Shown here in pieces: positions 49,347-59,177 of a stretch of DNA of 64,000 nucleotides (within the stretch, counting starts at the first letter, position 1; each line of letters begins with the position of its first letter). Below the pieces are notes generated by a model. The model saw only the letters and a list, made by a program, of their open reading frames with translations. It was not told the origin of the DNA and did not search any database. Both the position numbers and the translations under genes were made by a program. The DNA comes from a virus (lineage: Duplodnaviria > Caudoviricetes), in the IMG/VR virus record IMGVR_UViG_3300014613_000021, positions 24,407-88,406 of that record; one strand, given 5' to 3'.

Positions 49347-50739
49347 CTTCTTCTTTGTTTTCGATTTTATCCAATATGACTGAAAGATTCATGATTAAAT
49401 CCAAATCGTCCATTCCTTTCTTTGTTGAAAATACATAGTTACTATGTTCATCTTCAACAAGCACAATTTCATAAGGTTCTTTAACCTCACACATATAATA
49501 ATATATAATTACTTCATCGCTTTCATAAATGTAAACTAAGTTACATTTTTCAACCTCCAGTCCGGTTTCTTCAATCAACTCTCTTTTTGCAGCATCTTCC
49601 GGTTTTTCTTTTGCATCAATATGTCCTCCGGGCAAACACCACTTGTCTGGCTCAAAATCTGATTTCTTTGTTCTCTTTAATAAAAGAGTTCTTCCTTTGC
49701 TGTCTTTTACTATACAGTCCGCAAACTTAGTTTTCTTTTCTGTTTTTGCTTTTTCAATTAAATCATAATCAAAATCAATTATATAAATGTCTTCCTCATC
49801 TTCTCCTTTACTTAACCCCGATTCAGAAAAAGCAATAGCCAAAGCCTGTTCCCTGTCTGTCACTACCTCGCCACTACCTGAGTGAAGGGTTCCCCTTTTA
49901 AACTCCCCCATCACAGTTTCAAATTTTTCCTTTCCCTTCTTCTCCTTTTTTATTGAAACAGATTCAGGTTTCTTACTTTCTTTCTTTTCAGAAGCCTTTT
50001 GTAATGAATCCTTAATTCTTTTTATTATCCTATCCCTTTCAACTTCATTTTCAAACTCTTCTTCCAATGCCTTTAAAATATGATCTGCTTCCTTTCTTTC
50101 TCTTTCATCTTTCAAATCATCATATTCAAGATTTTCATTGTGTGATTCCTGATTATTTAATAACTGTTCCCAAACATAAATACCTGTTTTTCCCTTTATA
50201 AGAACTTGCCCGTAATACTTTCCTCTTGGTGTATTTGGAAAATATTTTGAAGAAGCAGAAACTCTTTTTTGTGCTTCAGTCATCCTTTGTTCATCAACCA
50301 TCCCTTTTTCAAAAGCATCCAAAATAGTAAAATAAGCATCCTTTATATTGTTCTCTTTTTTATACTGTTCAATAGCTTCTTTTAAATCGGGGTTTCTTTT
50401 TAAAAGATTTTCCTGAGCAAACTTAGCTTTCTCAATCGAATCCTTAACCTTACTTATATTATCAATATATTTTGAAAAGTAAGTTTCATATTTCTTTTGA
50501 AGAATAACCTCTGTTTGAAATGTATCCGGATTTCCGGCTTTTTCAAACAACTCAATTTTTTTATTATAATCCCTTGAAACAATATCATGCTCCTTTATTA
50601 ATTGAAAAAGATCATTCCTTCCCTTTTCAATCACTTTTTCAAATTCTTCATATTGAGTAACTTTGTCCTCAATAGATGAACCCTTAAATATTGATAAAAT
50701 AGTTTCCCTTAAACCCATAATTAAAACCCTAATGCACAA
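49330..50739 (-). CDS. modular protein: coiled coil + DUF6496-like + Nudix hydrolase
   Basis: [35 protein letters not shown] (DUF6496-like); Nudix box [23 protein letters not shown]. Confidence 0.8.
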   Translation of the reverse strand: MCIRVLIMGLRETILSIFKGSSIEDKVTQYEEFEKVIEKGRNDLFQLIKEHDIVSRDYNKKIELFEKAGNPDTFQTEVILQKKYETYFSKYIDNISKVKDSIEKAKFAQENLLKRNPDLKEAIEQYKKENNIKDAYFTILDAFEKGMVDEQRMTEAQKRVSASSKYFPNTPRGKYYGQVLIKGKTGIYVWEQLLNNQESHNENLEYDDLKDERERKEADHILKALEEEFENEVERDRIIKRIKDSLQKASEKKESKKPESVSIKKEKKGKEKFETVMGEFKRGTLHSGSGEVVTDREQALAIAFSESGLSKGEDEEDIYIIDFDYDLIEKAKTEKKTKFADCIVKDSKGRTLLLKRTKKSDFEPDKWCLPGGHIDAKEKPEDAAKRELIEETGLEVEKCNLVYIYESDEVIIYYYMCEVKEPYEIVLVEDEHSNYVFSTKKGMDDLDLIMNLSVILDKIENKEEDGSKD

Positions 50740-51308
50740 ATCTGTTGAGGTGTTAAATTGTATTTTTTATTATCAGAAAGATTTCTCTCTAATGACTCAA
50801 TTTTAATTAATTCAACAATACAGTCAATTAATTGCCTTATTTTATCATTATAGTCTCTGTGAACCTTTGATTGTTCTTCTGTTACTGTTACTTTTTCAAC
50901 CACCTGTTTGTTTTCATCATATTCAGGAATTACATAAGATATTCTCTTTTCTTGCGAAAAACAGGTCATTTCCCAATCAAACTCTTTCGGCTCATAACCA
51001 AGTTTTTCAATAACTTTACTTTTTAATCCTCTATAACTCCAGTCACCTACACCCCTGTTTGGTGTAAATGAAGTTTTTGAAAGTAAGTCTGTTAAATCAG
51101 ATTGATAAATTGACTTTTGAGAATCTTCCCTTCCTTTTAATACAGAAAGTTTTTCCTTTACTTCCTTCCCCATTTTTTCAATCTTAAAATCTTTATCATA
51201 ATCAAAAGCGTTCATCGTTTCCCCTTTTTCAAGAGTATTTGTTTCACCCTTAATCACATTGATAACTCTTTTATTCCCTAATAAATCAACTATTTCTCTT
51301 TTTTCCAT
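50721..51308 (-). CDS. hypothetical head-module protein
   Basis: 195 aa; VIKG and LEKG motifs near the N-terminus. Confidence 0.6.
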   Translation of the reverse strand: MEKREIVDLLGNKRVINVIKGETNTLEKGETMNAFDYDKDFKIEKMGKEVKEKLSVLKGREDSQKSIYQSDLTDLLSKTSFTPNRGVGDWSYRGLKSKVIEKLGYEPKEFDWEMTCFSQEKRISYVIPEYDENKQVVEKVTVTEEQSKVHRDYNDKIRQLIDCIVELIKIESLERNLSDNKKYNLTPQQICALGF

Positions 51309-51340
51309 GATAAATGTATTTTATTGTTTCAAAAACTCAT

Positions 51341-51775
51341 TCATTTTGTGACAAAATTAAATATCAGATCAAGCCATAAAAATATACAGAATATCCCGGC
51401 AACGATCTTGACTGTCCAGTGAACCTTATAAATCAACCTATCAATATCGCTTGTCTTGCCCCTATATGACCATTTTTCCTGCAACAATTGATTAATCCGA
51501 CCGTCAAACCAATGCCAGTACGTTATTCCGAAAATCAGAAATATCTCTGCTGCCTGTATCCAGTTGTCGATATGAACTCGATAGGCAAACATGACGATAA
51601 TAAAATAGGTGATAACACGGAGCAAAAACTGAAAACGATGCCATATCTTGCTAATATCAGAATGATTGTCGGGATTAATCTTACCGTATTGGATTATCCA
51701 GAAATTAAGATGTGCTGCAATCTCAGGTATAATCAGGCTGATAGTCAGAATTGATATGTAGTTCCAGATTGTCAT
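51341..51775 (-). CDS. multi-pass membrane protein
   Basis: About four hydrophobic segments. Confidence 0.65.
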   Translation of the reverse strand: MTIWNYISILTISLIIPEIAAHLNFWIIQYGKINPDNHSDISKIWHRFQFLLRVITYFIIVMFAYRVHIDNWIQAAEIFLIFGITYWHWFDGRINQLLQEKWSYRGKTSDIDRLIYKVHWTVKIVAGIFCIFLWLDLIFNFVTK

Positions 51776-51954
51776 TTATTTAGCCAATCTTTTATTATCG
51801 CTATTATTCCGTAAAAAAATCCTGTTACCGCAACTACACATAGAATCAGCAGACCGATTCCCCACCAGGGGGAATGTAGCAATCCGAATGCCGAGTCGAA
51901 AATAATTAATCCGGCACAGACAACTACAAGAAATATAGGTATCAAATGCTTCAT
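51772..51954 (-). CDS. small two-TM membrane protein (holin-like topology)
   Basis: 60 aa, two hydrophobic helices; overlaps both neighbours by 4 nt. Confidence 0.55.
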   Translation of the reverse strand: MKHLIPIFLVVVCAGLIIFDSAFGLLHSPWWGIGLLILCVVAVTGFFYGIIAIIKDWLNK

Positions 51955-52271
51955 TCTTCAAACAGTTCTTTGATCAGATTATACTTAATCTGTTTCGCCC
52001 GCAACGCCTCTAAACGCTGAATAGACATTATACTGTCCTGTACGTTCATTTCTAAATCCATCTGCATATTTCCAATAACTCGATTAACATAAGCAGAATC
52101 CATTGCCGGAGCGTTTACTTCCTCTGTAACGGTTACAGAACCCTTGCCAAATGTGGAAACCGTCTTATAGACAGTATCATTGTTTGCAAGTATAATCGGG
52201 GTTGTCGTAACCGTCTGACACCAAGCAGACAAAACAAATAATGAACAGATAATTGTTAGTAATGTTTTCAT
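51951..52271 (-). CDS. small exported protein with Sec signal peptide
   Basis: MKTLLTIICSLFVLSAWC|Q; 3 of its 4 Asp are in DTV, DSA and DSI sequons. Confidence 0.65.
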   Translation of the reverse strand: MKTLLTIICSLFVLSAWCQTVTTTPIILANNDTVYKTVSTFGKGSVTVTEEVNAPAMDSAYVNRVIGNMQMDLEMNVQDSIMSIQRLEALRAKQIKYNLIKELFEE

Positions 52272-52831
52272 ATTTCATTTAATTTAAGGTGTTGAAAATA
52301 AGTTGATTTGTATAAATAATCAGGACTCCCTGAGCCTTCATAAGCAATATCCTCGAACCATCCCCGCACTCGGTAATATAGTTCAATAGTTGCCTCGCCA
52401 CAATTGAATGCCTTATCAGCACTTGCCCCGTTTCGACCTATCCAGATATAGTCTTTTTTAATTTTAAATCCCTTTCCTCTGAGCCAGTTTATAGCTTTTA
52501 TGCTCAAGCATCTTATGACCTGATGAAAAGCAAGGTTTTCGTAATCGTAACGATATTGAGTTAAATTCAGACATTCTTTTATTGCCATCCTTTTTTCCTC
52601 AATTGAGAACGAGAGGGATGGCCTAAGCACTATAATATCAGTATATAACCGATTGTACGTCTCCCATTCAATGAATTGTCCGCCGAATTTGTCGAACTCA
52701 AAGACATATAAAACATTGTTTATCTTAACGATAAAACCTGAATGGGAATATTCACAATCAGTAAACCAGTCTATCGTATTTGATAGTTTGGTTTCAGTAG
52801 ACCGTAATATGCAGCAGCCTGTACTTATCAT
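52268..52831 (-). CDS. permuted papain-like NlpC/P60 (YiiX/YaeF-like) hydrolase
   Basis: YSHSG His motif, YVFE, YRYDY, FNCGE late Cys. Confidence 0.7.
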   Translation of the reverse strand: MISTGCCILRSTETKLSNTIDWFTDCEYSHSGFIVKINNVLYVFEFDKFGGQFIEWETYNRLYTDIIVLRPSLSFSIEEKRMAIKECLNLTQYRYDYENLAFHQVIRCLSIKAINWLRGKGFKIKKDYIWIGRNGASADKAFNCGEATIELYYRVRGWFEDIAYEGSGSPDYLYKSTYFQHLKLNEI

Positions 52832-53664
52832 AAGTAATAATTTCCATCTTGTAAAATAGACAATAACAGAATAATTGCCTCTTGCATTGTTCCGGTATGC
52901 GGAATAAAGCCAGTTTCAGAAAGACCATCATTCGCAAATGCAGTATTTTCAGAGCTTTGTATATAATCAAAGATAGCATCGAAACCATCTTCATCAAATG
53001 ATTCAATCCCTTCATTAATGTAAGCCTCTTTCAGTGCTTTAACCTTCACAGCGGAATTGAGATTCTTATAATCGTCTAAATCGAAATTAGTTCCCTTTGT
53101 TATTTGCCGCAAATCTTGTGCTATTGCCTTTGCGTCCAATTTCGCAAAGCGATTAAAAACAATAATTAATGCCCTGTCGAATCTTTGTTCACGTGATTTC
53201 TTTGAGTTGATATGATATTTAACGCCATAATTGTCAATCTCATCCTGATTATAAACAGTTATCTGCAACTCAGCCGGAACGACAAATCTTCTTGCACATA
53301 TCTGTTTTTCTTTCAATGTCAGATTATTTGTCCAATTTGTCATTGCAGTTGATTTATCTCCTGCTGACATTGTATCCCATAATTTCAGATTATAGCCTAT
53401 TTTTGCAAATGCCAAAGCAGCTATTTTGGAGCGGACATATTTATAATCCCGCTTTGTTTTAACACCATTTTCTGCCCATAATTCAATCGTTGTCAAAGAC
53501 GATTCTTCGATAGATTCGCTTTCTGGTACATAAGTTTCGATAATACCACTATCATTTATAGACAATTCCTTATTACAACCAGAGTTATCTTTAATTATTA
53601 TCGTTTCAAAGATAAGATTTGAAACCGTATCGCCTTCTTTGATATTTTTCGGATTATATACCAT
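52828..53664 (-). CDS. hypothetical protein following fibre gene
   Basis: 278 aa; no motif recognised. Confidence 0.6.
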   Translation of the reverse strand: MVYNPKNIKEGDTVSNLIFETIIIKDNSGCNKELSINDSGIIETYVPESESIEESSLTTIELWAENGVKTKRDYKYVRSKIAALAFAKIGYNLKLWDTMSAGDKSTAMTNWTNNLTLKEKQICARRFVVPAELQITVYNQDEIDNYGVKYHINSKKSREQRFDRALIIVFNRFAKLDAKAIAQDLRQITKGTNFDLDDYKNLNSAVKVKALKEAYINEGIESFDEDGFDAIFDYIQSSENTAFANDGLSETGFIPHTGTMQEAIILLLSILQDGNYYL

Positions 53665-53670
53665 AATAAT

Positions 53671-56328
53671 TTAAAAGATATACCATTTATTTTTTGAAAA
53701 AATATATTGCAGAATATAACTATCATTTAATGCGAGGGTGACAGTTGCTGCACCATCAATTGTATCCGCTCCATCTGCCACTATTCTGACAGTATTATCA
53801 GCATTAATGCACTTTATATAATAAACAGTTTCGTTGTATATTGTTCCTGTCGGCAATGTAATATCAACTGCTCCACTTGTTCCATCTGCATAAACAAAAT
53901 TATTTGCATGATTCAATACTTGTGTTGTTGTATAAATATTGTTTTTTGCCTTTTCTCCGCCGTTGATTTTCAGATAATCAGCAGAAAAATCACCATAAAT
54001 CAAAGGAGTCGCCGTATTTGAATTATCAATATACAATTTATTCGAGCCTGTTTCACTATATCCTGCCTGATAACCGATAAAAACATTACTTGCCCCTGTC
54101 TGATTAGAAAAACCTGCATCGCGACCGAAATAACAATTATAATTTCCTGTCGTCAGGGAATTCCCCGCATTAAATCCGACCGCCGAATTAGCCTCACCAT
54201 TATTAATATTATAAAAAACCTGATAACCGATTCCAGTATTATATTGAGCCGTGCGCACAAGATAGGCACCCTTATATCCTATTATAGTATTTCTTGTACA
54301 GGAATTACCTGAAACGCCATACATTGCACTACTTCCAATTGCCACATTAAATAAGCCTGCCTGATTATATACTAATGAATTACTACCGATTGCCACATTT
54401 TCATATCCGGTCGTTACGTAATTCATTGCCGATCGACCAAAGGCCATGTTATTATTTGCTGTTGTACCCGCATATCCTGCATAATTACCAATGTAAACAT
54501 TATAGTATCCAGTATTGTTATTTGCTCCGGCATCATAGCCTATAAATACATTGTCCGTTCCTGTTGTGGTATTATAACCTGCATAATTACCGAGAGCAGT
54601 ATTGAAATTACCGGTTGCAGTACCGACAGCACCACGTAAAGCCACATAACCAATACCAATATTATTATTCACATTTCGATAGCGTCCTGCACCAATGCCA
54701 ATGAATAAATTATCAGTTGAATCGCAATACTGGCCAGCAAGCGAGCCGATGAATGTATTGCGCTGACCTGTATTTAATGAATAACCTGCACTATCACCAA
54801 TAAGTGTGTTATTTTTCTTATAGAAAGTATTATTACCTGAATTGCCTATACACAAGGACGTTTCAGAGCCGGAAGGTATCCTAATAAGATTGACATTATT
54901 CTGCTTGTATGCTTTCTTAGAAGTTATATTTATATTACCATAAATATCATCCCCACTTGTACTGACACGACCCGTATCAAGTGTCGCTAATTTTATCAAT
55001 CCAGAATTTATATCTTGGAAAACAAGATCATTTGTAGCAACACTTTTAAATATCTCAGTATTATTATCTGTAAATTTCAAATGTTCCTCAATCATTGCAG
55101 AACTTTGTATGTATGTTATTCCTGCACCACTGGCATCAAGGAAGATGGAATCACCAGAAACAGGAGCAAGTTCTATATCTCCAACATTCTCTGTACTTAA
55201 AACAAGTGGAACACTTGAAGCCCGTATTTGTCCACCAGTTAATCTAAAATCACCAGTCCATACTGGCTGACCTGTGATTGTATCTGCATCAATATCCAGT
55301 TTTGAACAGGCATGTATAACAGATGCAGAAATTGTATCATGGCAATTCTTTAAACTATCAGCAAAATCTGCTCTGTATAGCCATAATCCAGAGGTATCAA
55401 TTGGCTCATTAGGCCATCTTGTAATGCTAAATTTACCAGTAGTTTGGTCTTTTACAAGTATTTTATATGTAGTTGTATCATATATATAATCAAATGGTCT
55501 ACGAGCATAAATAAAACCATTAATAAAATTAATATATTTATTTGTTGTGGATGTAGAGTCAAATGTAAAAGACATTTTCTTATTTCCATATAAATAATTA
55601 TTAGAATAAGACATAATGCCAACAGGTCTTATATATAAAGAATCAGTACCAGCAACCATCTTAATAGTAGATCCACCATGACTTGCACGATTTAATATAT
55701 TCAACATTGTTTCATTATAACTCTGTGCTTTATCAAGAGTTAAATCACTCCAAATAATATCTCCTCCTGTTGTGTTTACTTTTCCAGTATCTGCAATCTG
55801 TACATAGGATTTACTCGCATAATCAGAACTATCCGACACCCATACAGGATCGGTCTCTGTATATGTCGCAGGTAGCCATTTGCCCATAGTATCATAAGGT
55901 GTGATGTAGTTTCCGGTACTGTCAGAAAAACGAACAAAATACATATCTGTCCATGTTCGGGTAGCATTGTCAGTACTATCTGCCTTCTCTGCAACAGTAA
56001 TGTATAATGTATCAATATTATACTTTGTTGCAATCTTTAAAATTGTATCAGTCCAATTAAGATAATATCCAGGAGGCTGATGACCAAGACTATCAGCATT
56101 TTCAGCAGAAATACTACCTATATCAATATCACTAAAATCAAATAAAATACTGTCTCCTTTGAACACATATTTCCCTGTCCTAAGAAAATATTGCTGCATT
56201 GAATCATTTCCCATTATCCATATATCAGAAAGGGTATCAACATAATGAGTTTGATTGCCAACTTCCCCTTGTGCTTTTACAAATTGAAATGAAATGAGTA
56301 AAAACAAAAACAAAAGCAACTTTTTCAT
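53671..56328 (-). CDS. long tail-fibre/adhesin-like protein with Sec signal peptide, Gly-rich beta-repeats and many O-glycosylation sequons
   Basis: MKKLLLFLFLLISFQFVKA|Q; 19 sequons by hand count; NxxIGxxAG repeats; fibre-tip-like C-terminus (DITLP...DTIDG...KWYIF); start moved from 56361 to 56328. Confidence 0.75.
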   Translation of the reverse strand: MKKLLLFLFLLISFQFVKAQGEVGNQTHYVDTLSDIWIMGNDSMQQYFLRTGKYVFKGDSILFDFSDIDIGSISAENADSLGHQPPGYYLNWTDTILKIATKYNIDTLYITVAEKADSTDNATRTWTDMYFVRFSDSTGNYITPYDTMGKWLPATYTETDPVWVSDSSDYASKSYVQIADTGKVNTTGGDIIWSDLTLDKAQSYNETMLNILNRASHGGSTIKMVAGTDSLYIRPVGIMSYSNNYLYGNKKMSFTFDSTSTTNKYINFINGFIYARRPFDYIYDTTTYKILVKDQTTGKFSITRWPNEPIDTSGLWLYRADFADSLKNCHDTISASVIHACSKLDIDADTITGQPVWTGDFRLTGGQIRASSVPLVLSTENVGDIELAPVSGDSIFLDASGAGITYIQSSAMIEEHLKFTDNNTEIFKSVATNDLVFQDINSGLIKLATLDTGRVSTSGDDIYGNINITSKKAYKQNNVNLIRIPSGSETSLCIGNSGNNTFYKKNNTLIGDSAGYSLNTGQRNTFIGSLAGQYCDSTDNLFIGIGAGRYRNVNNNIGIGYVALRGAVGTATGNFNTALGNYAGYNTTTGTDNVFIGYDAGANNNTGYYNVYIGNYAGYAGTTANNNMAFGRSAMNYVTTGYENVAIGSNSLVYNQAGLFNVAIGSSAMYGVSGNSCTRNTIIGYKGAYLVRTAQYNTGIGYQVFYNINNGEANSAVGFNAGNSLTTGNYNCYFGRDAGFSNQTGASNVFIGYQAGYSETGSNKLYIDNSNTATPLIYGDFSADYLKINGGEKAKNNIYTTTQVLNHANNFVYADGTSGAVDITLPTGTIYNETVYYIKCINADNTVRIVADGADTIDGAATVTLALNDSYILQYIFSKNKWYIF

Positions 56329-56338
56329 AATCAAGATT

Positions 56339-56650
56339 TTATGAATAACTATACCCAACAACTACAACCTTTACATTATTTCTATCAGTTGGATATTTAA
56401 CAATTATCTTATTTTTAATATCAGCCGGGTCTTTCCACCAATCAGGGGTGAACTCTTTTTCCTGAACTGTATCCAAATCTTTATCATAATAAAACCTAAC
56501 AGAAGAAAGATTGTCAACACCAAGTCCATGTTCAACTGTTAATTCAGTATTTGCAACTAAATTAACTTCTATATCGCCAGAAGGTATCTCTAATACAAGC
56601 CCACCACTTGACGTTTCATCTTCAAATAAATTTAACAAACCCCAAATCAT
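56339..56650 (-). CDS. small fibre-associated beta protein
   Basis: LTVEHGLG...KVVVVG pattern. Confidence 0.5.
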   Translation of the reverse strand: MIWGLLNLFEDETSSGGLVLEIPSGDIEVNLVANTELTVEHGLGVDNLSSVRFYYDKDLDTVQEKEFTPDWWKDPADIKNKIIVKYPTDRNNVKVVVVGYSYS

Positions 56651-56898
56651 GTTTCTATTATTTTAATGGTAAAAGACTTTATTTTCTTTGTTGTTAAATC
56701 CCAAACCATATCCGATTGCATTACCCTTGTGCCAACACAAACACCACCAGTAATATTTGAATTTTGATAAAAATCCATCCTGGTTGGTTTATTATTTGCA
56801 TCACTGGTGACAACATTAAACCCATCCCAGGGTAACGGAAATGGTATCTCAAAAACCTTTGAAATAGGGTACTTTGTTATTCTTGAATTTGCATCCAT
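56647..56898 (-). CDS. hypothetical protein
   Basis: 83 aa; first gene after promoter-like element. Confidence 0.55.
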   Translation of the reverse strand: MDANSRITKYPISKVFEIPFPLPWDGFNVVTSDANNKPTRMDFYQNSNITGGVCVGTRVMQSDMVWDLTTKKIKSFTIKIIET

Positions 56899-56914
56899 AA
56901 TGTAATATTTTTTA

Positions 56915-56922
56915 TAAAGATA
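56915..56922 (-). promoter_or_regulatory. putative promoter element TATCTTTA
   Basis: Intergenic, upstream of fibre module. Confidence 0.45.
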
Positions 56923-56930
56923 ACAAAAAA

Positions 56931-57701
56931 TTAATCACTCTCAAACTTACTCTTTTCAGGAAATAATTTTTCAATGACTTCCTTTAAATTATGAGTCAAC
57001 CCTCTATTATTAAAATTCAAATATAATTTTCCACTAATCAATTCCATTAATTTATTAACTGAATACCCATTGTGTTGATGAAATTTAATAAGTCTGTTAC
57101 CTATATAATTATGTTTTGTTATCACAATAGTATTATAATAAAGTGAATTTACAATATACTTTTTGTTCTCCCAATCATATTGATTCATTACTAACTTATA
57201 ATCCTTTTTACAAATCAACTCAGGGATATGTATATCATATTTATAAGTAGTTAATCTTCTTTTTCTTAATTCATCAAAAGTATTCCTGCATCTTTCTAAA
57301 TAATCATCTTTTAAATTTTGATAATTTTCATCTAATTCAAACCAGTCATCTTCAAAATATGGAGTAACTAATTCTTCACCTTCCAAATTTCCTAAAAGAA
57401 TGTGGTCATCTGAACACCTCAATATAAATTGAGAAATTTCAAGTCTTTCACAACCCTTTATTATCCTACAAATCATGCTTGCAGCTTTGTTGTTCACATA
57501 AGAGTCCCTTGATTCTATAAAAATTGCTTCATCACTTAACCAATCCGGCTTAACTCCAATAACATAAATATTTCCAAGTTGAGGAAAATAACTAACCAGA
57601 CTTCTTATTGAATACCTTATTTCCCAATTATCACCAAATTTACTTGCCCCACCTAAAGGATATATTACGTCAATTTTTTGCATCAAAACCCTTCTTTTCA
57701 A
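56931..57701 (-). CDS. Stealth-like sugar(-phosphate) transferase
   Basis: DVIYPLG, EIRYSIRSL, IYVIGVKPDWL, SDDH. Confidence 0.6.
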   Translation of the reverse strand: MKRRVLMQKIDVIYPLGGASKFGDNWEIRYSIRSLVSYFPQLGNIYVIGVKPDWLSDEAIFIESRDSYVNNKAASMICRIIKGCERLEISQFILRCSDDHILLGNLEGEELVTPYFEDDWFELDENYQNLKDDYLERCRNTFDELRKRRLTTYKYDIHIPELICKKDYKLVMNQYDWENKKYIVNSLYYNTIVITKHNYIGNRLIKFHQHNGYSVNKLMELISGKLYLNFNNRGLTHNLKEVIEKLFPEKSKFESD

Positions 57702-58500
57702 TATAACTTTCCAAAATATTTAATAAAACTAAATACTCACTGTCAAAATAAACACTTAATTGTTCCCACTCGTTTGATTCCTTCAATTGTTTATATAACT
57801 TAATTCTTTTTTCACTAACACCCCACCCTATCTCTCCATCAATAAACCTGTTTGGAGAAAAATGAATACCAAAAACAGGTCTGTAATCAAATGTTATATG
57901 TGAATATTTCTTACTCTCATTAAAATATACAGGCAAACCGTGTTTTTCCTCCACTATTTTAAACAATAACTGTTCATCTGAATCAATACACCTACCAGAA
58001 TTAATAATTGAAATAATTGAATCTAAATACTCTTTTGAAACACGTTCATAATAATCTTTTGTGTGAACAAAATGAAGTCCGGTCAATCTGTCTGAGTTTT
58101 TTCTAACTATATTTGAATAACATTTTCCTATACACATTGAGTGTTCTGACAATAATTCTGAAATATTTTGTTCAAGAACAAGTATATCAATATCACCTAT
58201 ATATGTGTATTCTAATTTTTGTACCGGAGTTTCAACAAACCGTATAGCATTTGGATTAAAAAATTTTTTTCTTCCCCACTTTTCAAGTTGCTGATTATAC
58301 CTTCTTATTAAAAACCTTCCCGAATAAAACCTTTCTAAAATCTCTTTTATATTATAAAAATAACCCGGTTCATCTGTCATTATTTCAACAAAAGAATCCG
58401 AGTTACTCCATAAAACAGAAACCATATAAGGTAAAACAAACTGTTTGTATTTACCAGTTGCAACTGTAAAAAAATTAGTATTTAAAGATTCTCCCACCAT
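57670..58500 (-). CDS. putative glycosyltransferase (GT-A, DxD)
   Basis: YIGDIDIL, DEQLLF, GIHFS. Confidence 0.55.
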   Translation of the reverse strand: MVGESLNTNFFTVATGKYKQFVLPYMVSVLWSNSDSFVEIMTDEPGYFYNIKEILERFYSGRFLIRRYNQQLEKWGRKKFFNPNAIRFVETPVQKLEYTYIGDIDILVLEQNISELLSEHSMCIGKCYSNIVRKNSDRLTGLHFVHTKDYYERVSKEYLDSIISIINSGRCIDSDEQLLFKIVEEKHGLPVYFNESKKYSHITFDYRPVFGIHFSPNRFIDGEIGWGVSEKRIKLYKQLKESNEWEQLSVYFDSEYLVLLNILESYIEKKGFDAKN

Positions 58501-59177
58501 TTCTTTTTTAAATAAACCGGATTAATCCAAACAGAATCACTCTGAGGCCAGATTATTTTTAGTTCAATCATTGTGAACCCATTATTTATTAAAAATCTTT
58601 CACAATCACTATATAGTTTCTGTCCCTTCCATATCTCCTTATGCTCACACTCAATATGAATTATCTTTACATTCCTTAATTTATTTCCAAACCCAGACAA
58701 TACCTCATAAGACACCCCCTCAACGTCAATTTTAAGAACATCTATTTCACTTGTTAATTCATTAAATACCGAATCAAATCTTTTCTTTTCAACTATTGTA
58801 ATATCATATTCTCTATTATCATTTCTACTTAATAAAGAGGACACCCCTTGATTCTGTTTTATATCAGTTCTTATTGCATGAAATGGAACACCATCTTCAT
58901 CTTTATCTCCAATGGCATAATCAAAAACATTTATTTCAGAATATTTTTTCTTAATATTTTTATTGTAAACAGGATGAGGCTCAAAAACAAAAACATTCTT
59001 TCTGTCTATACTGAAAAATTCACAAAGAAAAACAGCGTCATTACCATTCAATGAACCAATCTCAAATATATTGTTTGGAACAATAGTTGTACAAGATTCA
59101 ATAATTCTTGCAAACTCATTCATATTAATCTGTATAAAACTAAAATTTTCCACCAAATTGATTCTTATTGTGATCAT
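58482..59177 (-). CDS. FkbM-family methyltransferase
   Basis: IFEIGSLNGND, FVFEPHP, IDVLKIDVEG.SYEVLSG. Confidence 0.85.
   Translation of the reverse strand: MITIRINLVENFSFIQINMNEFARIIESCTTIVPNNIFEIGSLNGNDAVFLCEFFSIDRKNVFVFEPHPVYNKNIKKKYSEINVFDYAIGDKDEDGVPFHAIRTDIKQNQGVSSLLSRNDNREYDITIVEKKRFDSVFNELTSEIDVLKIDVEGVSYEVLSGFGNKLRNVKIIHIECEHKEIWKGQKLYSDCERFLINNGFTMIELKIIWPQSDSVWINPVYLKKKWWENL

Noticed and set aside
53671-56328. Diversity-generating retroelement acting on a fibre
   Set aside because: No reverse transcriptase and no near-identical TR/VR pair with adenine-specific differences seen; shared motifs differ at synonymous sites
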